From contig CAVTNR010000027.1 in assembly GCA_963736115.1 (NCBI GenBank), forward strand, positions 32,001-96,000: a stretch of DNA of 64,000 nucleotides, read 5' to 3'. Position 1 is the stretch's first letter, and every line of letters begins with the position of its first letter. The notes beneath the pieces were generated by a model. The model worked only from the letters and a program-made list of their open reading frames with translations. It searched no databases and was not told the origin of the DNA. Below, piece after piece: positions 54,563 to 64,000 of the stretch. The position numbers and the translations under genes were made by a program. Origin of the DNA: an uncultured bacterium. Its GTDB lineage: Bacteria > Zhuqueibacterota > QNDG01 > DTFT01.

Positions 54563-56380
54563 TCACCTGTAATTCCGCGCCTGCGCCTCAAACATGCGCG
54601 CATACATGCCGCCTCTCCGGATGAGTTCGTCGTGCGAACCGTTTTCAAAAACGGACCCGTTCTCGATGACGACGATCCGGTCGGCCATGCGGACCGTGGA
54701 GAAACGGTGACTGATGAGAAGAGCGGTACGATCCCTTGCGAGTTTTCGGAATCGCTGGAACACCTCGGTTTCGGATTTCGCGTCCAAAGAACTGGTCGGC
54801 TCGTCCAGCACGAGGATCTGGCCGGACTTGAAGAACGCCCGCGCCAGTGCCATCTTCTGCCATTCTCCGACACTCAGCTCCTCGCCGTTCTCGAACCATT
54901 TGCCGAGCATGGTGTCGAACCCGCGGGGCAGCGCCTCGAGCGTGCGGTCCGCGCCCGCCTCAGCCGCGGCCGCACGGAGACGGTCCTCGTCCTTCCGCGC
55001 CCGAACGTCGCCGAACCAGATGTTCTCGCCCGCGGTTGCGTGATAGCGCGCGTAGTCCTGCAGAATCACGCTGATTTCCCTCCTGAGTCCGTCCGGGTCG
55101 TATTTCCGGAGCGGGACGCCGTCTATCGTGATTTCCCCCTGATCCGGGTCGTACAGGCGGCACAGCAGTTTGACCAGAGTCGTTTTTCCGGCCCCGTTGT
55201 TCCCCACCAGTGCGACATGTTCTCCTGCGCGAATGGATAGGGACAGGCCGGAAAAGACCTTCCGACTGCCGCCCGGATAGCCGAAGGAAACATGGCTGAA
55301 GCGGATGCCCTTGCGGATGGGTTTCGGGAAGGGTCGCGGCCGGGCCGGGGGCCGGATGCGAGGCCGGATATCCAGAAACTCGTAGAAATTGGACAGGAAG
55401 AGATTGTCCTCGTAGAGTCCCGCCAGCCCGGATAGAAGCTGCTGCAGGTGTCCCTGTCCTCGCTGAAAAGCTTGAAAGTACATGAACAGATCGCCTATGG
55501 TGATCCGGCCCGTGACCGCCTGATGCGCGATGAACGCATAAGAACCGTAGATGGCCGCGGTGGCGCCGGCCTGCGCGAGAAAGTCGGCCATGGAACGCCT
55601 CGCCGAAAGCGCCAGTCTATCCCGCCGGAGGATCCGTCTCATGCCGCGGAACCGCTCCCGGAACAGGCCTCCCAGCCCGAAGAGACGGATTTCCTTGGCG
55701 TGCTGGTCGCCTGTCAGCATCCAGTGATGATACCAGGCTTTGCGCTCGGCATGCGTGTGCTCCCTCTGCCAGCGGAACAGGATTCCGGAAAACCGCATCC
55801 GGACGATGATGCCGGGCGCCACGGCCACGAAGAGCACCGCCGCGACCGCCCAGTGCAGGGTGACCAGGAGCCCGGCCATGGCCGCCAGGGAAAGCCCGTT
55901 CATGCCGACCTGGGCCAGCCCGTTAACGATTCGTGTCGGCCTGGAGGGCGCCTCCTGCTGGGCGCGATGCAGGGTGTCGAAATATTTCGGATTTTCGTAA
56001 TAGGCGAGGTCGATTTCCACGGATTTTTCATGCAGAATATCGGAGATCCGGTCCGTGACGATCATGGCCTGGTTCTCTGCGATCAGGTCCGAAACGGATC
56101 GGAGCAGGGCTGAAGCGAGGGCGACCAGCCCGGTCCAGGCGAGAAGCGCCGCCACGCGGCCGAAAGCCGCGGACTTGTCCGGAGCCGAAATTCCGGCCAC
56201 CACGGAATCGATCATCAGTTTTGTCAGATAGAGGGAAAGAAGCGGAAGGAGCCCCTGAACAGCCAGCAGAAAGGCATTGGCGACCGTCCATCCCCGAGCG
56301 GTCTGCCAGACCAGCCGGAGCGCGCGGCCGAGACGGAGGGTGTAGCGGATCCGGGATCGTGTGTGACGGGTTCGGGTCAT
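54563..56380 (-). CDS. ABC exporter, fused permease/ATPase
   Basis: TM domain; GNNGAGKTT; LSVGEWQKMALAR; LVLDEPTS; ISHRFSTV. Confidence 0.93.
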   Translation of the reverse strand: MTRTRHTRSRIRYTLRLGRALRLVWQTARGWTVANAFLLAVQGLLPLLSLYLTKLMIDSVVAGISAPDKSAAFGRVAALLAWTGLVALASALLRSVSDLIAENQAMIVTDRISDILHEKSVEIDLAYYENPKYFDTLHRAQQEAPSRPTRIVNGLAQVGMNGLSLAAMAGLLVTLHWAVAAVLFVAVAPGIIVRMRFSGILFRWQREHTHAERKAWYHHWMLTGDQHAKEIRLFGLGGLFRERFRGMRRILRRDRLALSARRSMADFLAQAGATAAIYGSYAFIAHQAVTGRITIGDLFMYFQAFQRGQGHLQQLLSGLAGLYEDNLFLSNFYEFLDIRPRIRPPARPRPFPKPIRKGIRFSHVSFGYPGGSRKVFSGLSLSIRAGEHVALVGNNGAGKTTLVKLLCRLYDPDQGEITIDGVPLRKYDPDGLRREISVILQDYARYHATAGENIWFGDVRARKDEDRLRAAAAEAGADRTLEALPRGFDTMLGKWFENGEELSVGEWQKMALARAFFKSGQILVLDEPTSSLDAKSETEVFQRFRKLARDRTALLISHRFSTVRMADRIVVIENGSVFENGSHDELIRRGGMYARMFEAQARNYR

Positions 56381-56444
56381 CCGATTCGGAAAGATGGATG
56401 TTGGGTTCGGGTCCTCGGTTTTCGGCGTTTAATGACCGCCCGGC

Positions 56445-56753
56445 TCAACCGGTCCCCTTGACGGTCAGCAGACGCCGCCCGGTCATTTCCTCGATGAATT
56501 CAATGATATCGGCCTGCAGTTCCGACTCGGGAACGTCGAACTCGCCGGCCACAAGCGATGCCACTTCCGTCAGTGTCCGCTGTCCGTCCAGCTTCAGCCA
56601 GATCGACCGGCCCGTGTCGTTCAGCGTGTAAAATTCCTCGTCAGCATCGCCGGCTCCGGAAAAGAGCGGAACGATGATGACTTCTCCCTCGATCTCCCTG
56701 GCGGCCACTTCCTCTGACGGCAGGCACACCGCGTTCATACTCAAGACGGCCAT
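56445..56753 (-). CDS. PqqD-family RiPP recognition element (RRE) protein
   Basis: REIEGEVIIVP...FYTLNDTGRSIW..LDG.RTL.EV......EFDV....LQADI.EFIEEM..RRLL. Confidence 0.88.
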   Translation of the reverse strand: MAVLSMNAVCLPSEEVAAREIEGEVIIVPLFSGAGDADEEFYTLNDTGRSIWLKLDGQRTLTEVASLVAGEFDVPESELQADIIEFIEEMTGRRLLTVKGTG

Positions 56754-56894
56754 ATCGGTCCTCCGCTGGAATCGGCGGAAAAACCCTCAAAAGACCGGGG
56801 AAAAACGGATCCCCGATCCTCCGGCCGGTCGTCTCCTTTATTGATTGATAGACCGGCCTGTTTTTCCGGCGCCGTTCCGTCTGACCGGACGGAT

Positions 56895-56935
56895 AAAGAA
56901 AAATTCCTCGTGGCGCTCAAAGGCGCCACGAGGAA
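56895..56935 (-). terminator. Intrinsic terminator after csp
   Basis: TTCCTCGTGGCGC-tcaaag-GCGCCACGAGGAA, with an adjacent A-run giving the U-tract on the minus strand. Confidence 0.8.
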
Positions 56936-56957
56936 TACTGCAGAGTGCTCCAAAAGA

Positions 56958-57170
56958 TTATTCCGGAATCACATTCGCCGCTTGCGGGCCTTTCTGGCCC
57001 TGGGTCACTTCCATCGTTACTTTCTGACCTTCCTTCAGCGACTTGAAGCCCTGGACCTGTATGGCTGAATGATGCACAAACACGTCCGGTCCGCCTTCCT
57101 GCTGGATGAAACCGAAACCCTTGGAGTCGTTGAACCACTTGACTGTTCCGCTGATTCTCTCGCCGCCCAT
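56958..57170 (-). CDS. cspA: Cold-shock protein
   Basis: [33 protein letters not shown] and KGPQAANV motifs. Confidence 0.96.
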   Translation of the reverse strand: MGGERISGTVKWFNDSKGFGFIQQEGGPDVFVHHSAIQVQGFKSLKEGQKVTMEVTQGQKGPQAANVIPE

Positions 57171-57278
57171 GCTTTCCTCTTTTTTTTTGGTTTAACAATG
57201 TTCCGGCGGACCGGTTGAACCATCCGTCCGGATGATAAGTTTCCTGAATGAAAAAGTTCCTCCTTCCGCACCCTCCTC

Positions 57279-57431
57279 TTATTCCGCGGCCGGAACGGTT
57301 CCGTCCGAGGAGACGGTCGTTTCCGCGGTGCCGGTTTTCTTCTCCGCCTTTTTCAGCCTCTTCTCTTCCTTCTTCTTCTGTTTGGCCAGGTCTTTCTGCC
57401 GTTTCTCGAATTTATAATTGGGTTTGATCAC
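57279..57431 (-). CDS. Small basic protein (KPNYKFEKRQKDLAKQKKKEEK type)
   Basis: GTG start with AAGGAG RBS; 50 aa, Lys/Glu-rich; TTGTGT-17-TATATT promoter-like site at 57499-57527. Confidence 0.7.
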   Translation of the reverse strand: MIKPNYKFEKRQKDLAKQKKKEEKRLKKAEKKTGTAETTVSSDGTVPAAE

Positions 57432-57864
57432 CAGCCGCTCCTTTTGGAAGATTTCCGAACCCCATCCCCCTACTTGATCAGATGTACCAAATTTTATTAA
57501 TATACTTAGAATTCTGCTCTTACACAAGCAAAAACAGAATATAACAAAACGCCCGGGAGGACGACCCCCTCCCGGAGCGCCGGGTTATTCGTGGCATTGA
57601 TAAAAGATCAATCCAACTCGGATTCCGAATCTCCGCTTCTCCCGGAACCAGGTGAGGACCATCTGCGTCCGATTCTGCGGGAATGAGACGGATCGGCTTG
57701 GGATTCCGCCGGCAGGACGGTGACAGAATCCTCCTCGATCGCCTTAATATCGGACAGGTCACTCCATTCTCTTAATGCTTTGTTTTTATTTTGCTTACAG
57801 ATTATTTTTCTCTGAAGTGGGCCTGCACACGGCGATCTCCGGCGGGCATCAAAAATCGCGGGCA

Positions 57865-58284
57865 TCATTCCATCCCGCCGAATCCGGAAAAATGCCTGTT
57901 TATCCTGGCCGACACCTGGCGATCCGTCATTTTATCCGCGGTCTCGATGCTGACCACCTGCCCGCGAAAATGTTTACGCTGGAGGCGTTTTTCAATTTCG
58001 CCCTTCGCCTCTCCCGGACCGAAGATCAGAACGGCTTCCGCGCCGCGAAAGGCCGAGATGACCTCATCATAGTACTGGTTGAGATTGTTCGAAAACCGCC
58101 TGTCTCGGGTGGATTCGTACGAGCCCCGATAAGCCCCGTAAGGGGTTTTTGAATGATGGTCTCCTGAAAACCGGGCATTCTTCTCGGTGTTCGATAAAAT
58201 CAGTTTTTTCTCTTCCCTGCCGTCTGTGACGATCACCAAAACGGCCTTCTGATGATCGATCCACAAACCCGCTTGTTTTTTCAT
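57865..58284 (-). CDS. baeRF/host-attachment-like (eRF1 domain 2-like) protein
   Basis: GLWIDHQKAV, YYDEVI, VLIFGPGEAK and ETADKMTDRQ motifs; AAGGAG RBS. Confidence 0.75.
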   Translation of the reverse strand: MKKQAGLWIDHQKAVLVIVTDGREEKKLILSNTEKNARFSGDHHSKTPYGAYRGSYESTRDRRFSNNLNQYYDEVISAFRGAEAVLIFGPGEAKGEIEKRLQRKHFRGQVVSIETADKMTDRQVSARINRHFSGFGGME

Positions 58285-58486
58285 GTCATTCTCCTTCACG
58301 CATGATAACCTGGATCCCGTTCGAATTGAATGCTCCCTCCCCGTTCTGTCGATAAGTCACCCGACTGCAGAACGTCCATTTTCATGGGGGGAACGATATT
58401 TATCGTGCCGTCCGCGTGGACTCCGGACGTTATGTCCAGAGACACAACTCTCCGTTTCTGTAAATGTACTTTTCCGCCTGGGCTCG

Positions 58487-59430
58487 TCAACCATTCGGCT
58501 GAAGACGATCCAGCAAGGCGCGGACGCTTCCGGTGGCCAGGCCGATGCTTGAATCCGCGGCGCCGTAATACAGGTGGAGTGAGTCGCCATCGGGGGCAAT
58601 GGTGTAGCCGCACGGAAAGACCACGTTGTCGACGTCCCCATCCTTTCGTAAGGTTCCTCTGGGCCGAATATCCACTCGTCGCCGCGCTCGAAGGCACCTC
58701 TCCGGGTTCTCAAGATCGAACAGCGCCAGACCGAGCCGGTAAATGCAGCCGGCTGCCGTCTGTCGGACGCCGTGGTAGATCACCAGCCAGCCCTGCGGCG
58801 TTTCGATGGGCGGAGGCCAAACCGATTTTATTCGCGTCCCACCAGCCGCCCGCGCCGGGCTTCCAGCATCAGCTTGTGACTGCCCCAGTGACCGCAGGTC
58901 GGGAGAATAGGAGATCCACATGTGAGCGATGGGAGAATTGACCGGTCGGTGGATCAAAGCCCAATGTCCCTCAATCCGATCGAGGCAGGAGGGCGGCGTC
59001 TTTGTCTTCCGGCTGCATGATCAGCCCGAAGCGATCGAAGGTGCGAAAATCTTCAGTGAGCGCCAGCGCCACGCCCGGGCCGTCACGGGTGTAGGCGGTG
59101 TAGACGACGGCATACCGTCCCATTTCGGGGACGAACGTGATGCGGGGATCTTCGATTCCCCACAGTTCTTCAGGATGGTGCTCGGGATCGGCCATCAGCG
59201 TGGGATGGCTGTCAATCTGCCAGTCATCTACTGCCGTTGGCGGATCGAGCCGCGCACAGGTGGGAATGTCCGGTGCGATCTTCGACGCGGCACAGGAGCA
59301 GGGTGGTTCCGTCGGAGAGCAGAACGTGCGCCCGGATTGAACACGCTGTTGACCGGATACGGCCATTCAGCGGCGGTTAAAATGGGATTTAGTTTATGAC
59401 GGCGAAAAGGTCAGGATGGAGATCGTTCAT
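58487..59430 (-). pseudogene. GH130 glycosidase/phosphorylase interrupted by several frameshifts (pseudogene or sequencing errors)
   Basis: Motifs are spread over three frames: NPIL...NSVFNPGA, WGIEDPRIT, EDKDAALLP, IHRP, PPIETPQGWLVIYHGV, YRLGLALFDL, GDVDNVVFPCG, YYGAADSSIGLA. Confidence 0.8.
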
Positions 59431-61717
59431 TTTGCGGGGTTCTCCAATGGGGATAATACGTTCTCGATGAGACGCAGTTCCAGCAGGGCCTGGAGAAAGG
59501 CCAGCGTGGATTCCGCGCCCTCGTTCTCGTTCGCGCGATCAGGATGCAGACCGTCGCGGCAGCCGCCCGTCGTCGGATCGTACACCGGGCAGGTTCAAGT
59601 CGTTGCGCCCGAGGAACCATTCAAAGGCGCGGCTGGCTTCCGGGCGCCAGTGCCTGTCGCCAGTGACCCGGAACGCTGCCAGACAGGCCGAGACCATGGC
59701 CTGGGCTTCTACCGGCTGTTGATCGAACCGGGCCCGCTCGCCCCCCCTCGGATAAAATCCGTTGGATCCGATCGGAACAAAATGGCGGCCCCCGGTATCC
59801 GACCGCTGCAATTCGGCCAGCCAGGAGAGGGACTCCAGTCCGGCTTCGGTCATTTCGGGGTGGGGTATCGCCTGGCCGCATAGAAGCAAGGCATGCGGCA
59901 GTGCGGCGTTGCAGTAGGTCAGCTTGTCTTCATACCATCGCCAATCATCCGAACGGTGCCGCCGATACAGTGCCAGCAGCCGTCCTGACAATTCATCCCG
60001 GACCTGGCCGGCCCTTCGGTCGCCGGCAAATCGCTGCAGGTACTCATGGATGCCGATCAAGCGCGAAAGCCCAGGCCCGCGGGCTGGTCGTAGCGATAAT
60101 GGCGGGTAATGCCAGTTCGAACACCCGGCCTGCCATACTCTGCAGAGCCGGCGTGTTGGAGCGACCCAGAACGGTACCCAGTGCCCACAGGGTGCGGCCG
60201 TGGCTGTCGTCCGAACCTCCGGCCTCCAGCCAGTGCCGCTGGTAATCCATGAAATTGCGGAAATGCCCGGTTTCCGAATCAAAGGCATACCAGATGAAAG
60301 CGAGATACCGGGAGGCCAGGTCCGGGGCTTCTCCGTTGCCCATGGCTTCCAGGAGCGTGCTCACCATGAGCGCACGGGCGTTGTCGTCAAGGGTGTAGCC
60401 CTCACGGTAGTTGGGGACCGTAAAAATGGCATGCTGCAGAATGCCGGTTTCGTCCGTCATGTGGTGCAGGTGATCCAGCTTGAGAGGCGGCAGTTCACCC
60501 GGACGTTTGTCAAGCGGTTTGACCGCGAAGTCCGATTGGGCATAATGACGGCGTTCCAGCCGCGCGCGTTCAAAACATTCCATGTAGCGCCGCGAAACCT
60601 GCGGCCAGATCATCTCACGCCCGAATACATAGGCGCGCTTCCGCATGGCGTGACGCTCGGAATCGTTGTCCAGAAGGGCAATGATCCCGTCCGCCAGAGC
60701 CGCCGGATCGCGGAACGGCACCAGAACTCCCCGTCCTTCTGCCAGCATTTCTTCCGCGTACCAGTAAGGCGTGGAAATCACCGCCTTTCCCGCGCCTACT
60801 GTGTAGGCGAGCGTGCCGGACGTGATTTGCGCTGCATTGAGGTAAGGCGTAATGTAGACATCCGTCGCGCCGATGAACTGAACGAGCTCTTCCAGACTGA
60901 CAAAGCGGTTATAGAAAATGACCTGCCCTTCCACGCCTTTCTCCTGGGCGAGCCATTGCAGGGAAAGCCGGTACGTCTCGCCATCCTTCCGCAGGACGTG
61001 AGGATGGGTTGCGCCGAGGACGATGTACACCACATTCGGATGACTGGCCAAAATGACGGGCAGAGCCGCAATGACGTTTTCGATCCCTTTGTTCGGCGAA
61101 AGCAATCCGAAACTGAGCAGGACGTTTTTCCCCTCGACGCCGAATAGATCCTTGTTGAAACTCGGGTCGACGAACGGGACATCCGGAATACCGTGCGGAA
61201 TCAGGTCGATTTTTCCAGGTGGAATGCCGTAGATCTCCCGCAGAAATTCGGAGCCTCTCCGGCTCATGACGACCATCCGATCGGAGAGAGCCGCGACTTC
61301 CTCCAGCACCCGTTTCTGATCGGGGTCCGGATCTCGCAGGATGGTGTGCAGGGTCGTGACGATGGGCATCCGCAGTTCCCGCAGGAAGGCGATGATATGA
61401 CTACCCGCGCTTCCTCCGAAAATACCGTACTCGTGCTGCAGGGATACCAGGTCGACATTGTTGATGTTGATAAAATCGGCGGCGCGTCGATAGGATTCGA
61501 TATCCTTCTCCGTCAGTTCGAAACGGACACGGGGCGGATAATCGTACCCGGCTTCGGTGTCATTAACCGGAAGGGCGATGCAGGTCGTTTCCCTGAATTC
61601 TCCGGCAATCGCTTCGCATAAGTCAGTGGTAAATGTGGCGATTCCGCATTGTCGCGGCATATAGTTGCCGATAAATGCAATTCGTTTGATGGTTGAAGCG
61701 GTTGAATTTGGATCCAT
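59427..61717 (-). pseudogene. GT4 glycosyltransferase with C-terminal (alpha/alpha)6-like domain, two frameshifts
   Basis: PRQCGIATFT, QHEYGIFGG, SGTLAY, GYTLDDNARAL; continues in other frames as YCNAALPHAL, RFDQQPVEA and [23 protein letters not shown]. Shifts near 60060 and 59588. Confidence 0.8.
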
Positions 61718-61990
61718 TAGAGACAACTCTTTTCAGATGATCGACCGTTCAATCGGGCGGGTGATGGTGAGTCGTGGGTACTCCCCTTGGTTTCAACCGA
61801 CAGCTTGATGATCTTATGGCCTCCGGCGAACGGAGTCGGGCGTTTTCCGCCATCAGCAATCGCAATCGGAGTGCTGACTTCAATTCGGTGATTCTCCCGG
61901 AATATCCGAAAGGGAATATAAAAGGAGCGGGCTGCCTTCAAATAGGATTGATCGATCCCGAAGTCATACAGCCCGCACCCTGAAAACACT

Positions 61991-62155
61991 CTACAGACCT
62001 TTTACCAGATTCCCGAGAGCCAACACGATAAATCCGATCAAAACCATCGCAAAAGCGTAACCGGTGTGGATAACCCCCTGAGACGCGAGTGCTCCGAGTA
62101 TCGCCAGAATGACAGCGATAAAAAACGTGATTTCTTTGGGAGGCGTGAGTTTCAT
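61991..62155 (-). CDS. Small 2-TM membrane protein (54 aa, below the ORF-track cutoff)
   Basis: MKLTPPKEITFFIAVILAILGALASQGVIHTGYAFAMVLIGFIVLALGNLVKGL; AAGGAG RBS. Confidence 0.75.
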   Translation of the reverse strand: MKLTPPKEITFFIAVILAILGALASQGVIHTGYAFAMVLIGFIVLALGNLVKGL

Positions 62156-62379
62156 GATTTTCTTCTCCTTCTGTTTTGGATTGATGAGCCTTTCAAGACC
62201 TTGTGGTCGAATGACCGGTTAGAAAGAGATGGCTCAGTAATACTTCACCTTCAAAACACCCGAGTCTGGGATCTGTTTTTATGTCTATCTTGCTCGGATT
62301 TAGATATGTCTCCATTATAATCCGGCTGTTCGGACCATCAAAGACGCGCTTAGCGAATCCGTTTTAGAATCCGGAGATT

Positions 62380-63021
62380 CTATTGCTGGGCCATTTCGAC
62401 ACTGGCGACATTGACGGCCTCTTGAACGCGATTCAAAGCATCCTTTAAACTGACGCCCTCCTGTAGAACCTTGACGGTGATCGGCAGAATCGAATCGACT
62501 CCTTTCAGGGTCAGGTCGTTTGAGAGAAATTTCTGTATCTCTTTCATGTCCGACATGTATGTCTGAAAAACGCCTTTGACTCCGATGCTTTCTTCGGCGA
62601 TCTTTCCATACACTTCACCCAACTCGACCCGGCGCTGTTCACTGAGCGCATGGATCTGCGGATTGGTGTATGCGTCTCCCTGTTTCTTCCATTCCGCAAA
62701 ATACTCCTTTCCGCGAGTCTTCATCTCATCAGCATGGACGGTGAACCTCTTCTCCATCTCATCCATCTTGACCACGTTTGCGGAATAGGCGTCAAATGCG
62801 GACTTGACATCGGACTGTCCCACCCGAGTCAGGTTATTCAGTGACGCTCCCGTTGCATCCAACTGAACGGCGACAACCGAAATCTCCTCGGACACGGTCT
62901 GCATTGTGGTTGTTGCTTTCTCCGATCGCTCCATCCCGGTTGTCGCGCATCCCGTGAGGAAGGCTGACATGCCAATCAGAATTGCGAATGGCGGAAGCAT
63001 GGATCGTTTCTCGTTTTTCAT
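62380..63021 (-). CDS. DUF2959-like coiled-coil lipoprotein
   Basis: Lipobox FLTGC; EYFAEW and DMKEIQKFLSNDLT motifs. Confidence 0.7.
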   Translation of the reverse strand: MKNEKRSMLPPFAILIGMSAFLTGCATTGMERSEKATTTMQTVSEEISVVAVQLDATGASLNNLTRVGQSDVKSAFDAYSANVVKMDEMEKRFTVHADEMKTRGKEYFAEWKKQGDAYTNPQIHALSEQRRVELGEVYGKIAEESIGVKGVFQTYMSDMKEIQKFLSNDLTLKGVDSILPITVKVLQEGVSLKDALNRVQEAVNVASVEMAQQ

Positions 63022-63059
63022 TTGATTTTCCTTTTGTTTTTCGTTTCCGTTGAAATTCA

Positions 63060-63497
63060 CTACTGTGTATCCCTGAATAGCCCTTCTATCTTCTTGCCGA
63101 TCTGGTCCAGTTCCCCCTGAAATTCCGTTTTGAATTCGACCCATTGGCTTTGTCCCCCATCGTATTGCTCCAGCTTTTTCTTCAGGTCGCGATTCTTTTG
63201 TTCCAGGTCGGCCACTTCCTTGGCGAATTTCTTATTGGCGGTGGAACCGCTCTCTTCCATCTTTGATTTGAATACCGCAATATTCTTTTCATTTCCTTCG
63301 ATTTTTTGCGCGGACTCGGTCTTGAATATTTCCCATTCGGCAAGGTATCCGGCCCGAGCTTCATTCAATTCCTCCTGGGCCGATTCCAAATTCGCCTTTG
63401 CATTTTCAACTTTTTGCTTTGATGATTTTTCACAACCAACGAAACAAGCTCCAACAATCAAGCCCATAGCAGCCAGGGCCGTAATTTTATTGTTCAT
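63060..63497 (-). CDS. Coiled-coil lipoprotein
   Basis: Lipobox FVGC; EWEIFK...WVEFKTEF; AAGG RBS. Confidence 0.7.
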   Translation of the reverse strand: MNNKITALAAMGLIVGACFVGCEKSSKQKVENAKANLESAQEELNEARAGYLAEWEIFKTESAQKIEGNEKNIAVFKSKMEESGSTANKKFAKEVADLEQKNRDLKKKLEQYDGGQSQWVEFKTEFQGELDQIGKKIEGLFRDTQ

Positions 63498-63596
63498 GAT
63501 TTTTACCTTTCCTGGTTTCTTTCCCATAACAATCATGCATGATCGACGATATCGTTTTCATAAACCCGACATCAGTTCATTTCACTGGGAATTTGT

Positions 63597-63893
63597 TCAA
63601 CTTTTCAAATCATCGATCTTCTCTGCCTCTTCCTTTATGGATTGCTTGTGCTGATCCACCTTTGCGATCAAACTTTTAATTTTCAGATTTTTCCGGATAT
63701 CCCCGTTCTGACCATTGGCCATCTCACCATACACTTCCATTCCGATCTCCTTGAATACTTCATTCAAAGAGTGGGTGCTGTTCGCCATGTCCAGCTTGAC
63801 CTTTCCGATTTTCATGTATTTATTGGTCTTCGCCGCCGCGTCGGACAGCTCCCCTTTGATCGTTTTTTTGATTTTATTCCAGTTCGTTGACAT
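63597..63893 (-). CDS. Helical hypothetical protein
   Basis: 98 aa with AGGAGG RBS; IGKVKLD...EIGMEVY. Confidence 0.65.
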   Translation of the reverse strand: MSTNWNKIKKTIKGELSDAAAKTNKYMKIGKVKLDMANSTHSLNEVFKEIGMEVYGEMANGQNGDIRKNLKIKSLIAKVDQHKQSIKEEAEKIDDLKS

Positions 63894-63944
63894 ACGCTAT
63901 TCCTCCTGCCGTTTATAACTATTTTCCGAATTCATCTTCAGGGA

Positions 63945-63978
63945 AAACTTGAGCGGACATTACTATCCGCTCAAGTTT
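63945..63978. terminator. Perfect 13-bp inverted repeat, terminator-like
   Basis: AAACTTGAGCGGA-cattacta-TCCGCTCAAGTTT. Confidence 0.55.
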
Positions 63979-64000
63979 CAGGAAATCTAAAGTTTATACA

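Noticed and set aside
57279-57431. Small ORF as RiPP precursor for the PqqD cassette
   Set aside because: Highly basic coiled sequence with no YxxP/LxxxG..T leader motif; separated from pqqD by csp and a terminator.

Overview
GC-rich bacterial chromosomal segment. Gene content (PorV-like protein, T9SS-CTD-like protein, carboxypeptidase-regulatory-domain TonB receptor) suggests the FCB superphylum, possibly KSB1/Calditrichota-like; this is inference. From left to right: a truncated PAS sensor kinase; a complete minus-strand rrn operon (16S-tRNA-Ile-tRNA-Ala-23S-5S) with tandem promoters; and an osmoadaptation island (ClC, a KamA-family enzyme with glutamate 2,3-aminomutase signature residues, a membrane-sensor/OtsA fusion, MscS, OtsB, DUF5752, TreT, NhaP, APC-USP, MgtE). 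Next come HldC-GmhB and amidotransferase genes, uvrC, and the ffh-rpsP-khpA-rimM-trmD-rplS operon. A LacI-controlled sugar-utilisation locus follows (mutarotase, LacI, TonB receptor, large CTD protein, PorV-like, GH95, PPIase-like lipoprotein, GDP-mannose 3',5'-epimerase, nucleotidyltransferase-fucokinase-like fusion); it reads as a candidate Leloir-like L-galactose salvage pathway and is the main finding. The right end holds an orphan PqqD/ABC/nucleotidyltransferase cassette, csp, and a more AT-rich stress-gene cluster with a frameshift-riddled GT4 + GH130 pair. No CRISPR array, integrase or transposase was seen. All family assignments are from motif recognition, not database searches.
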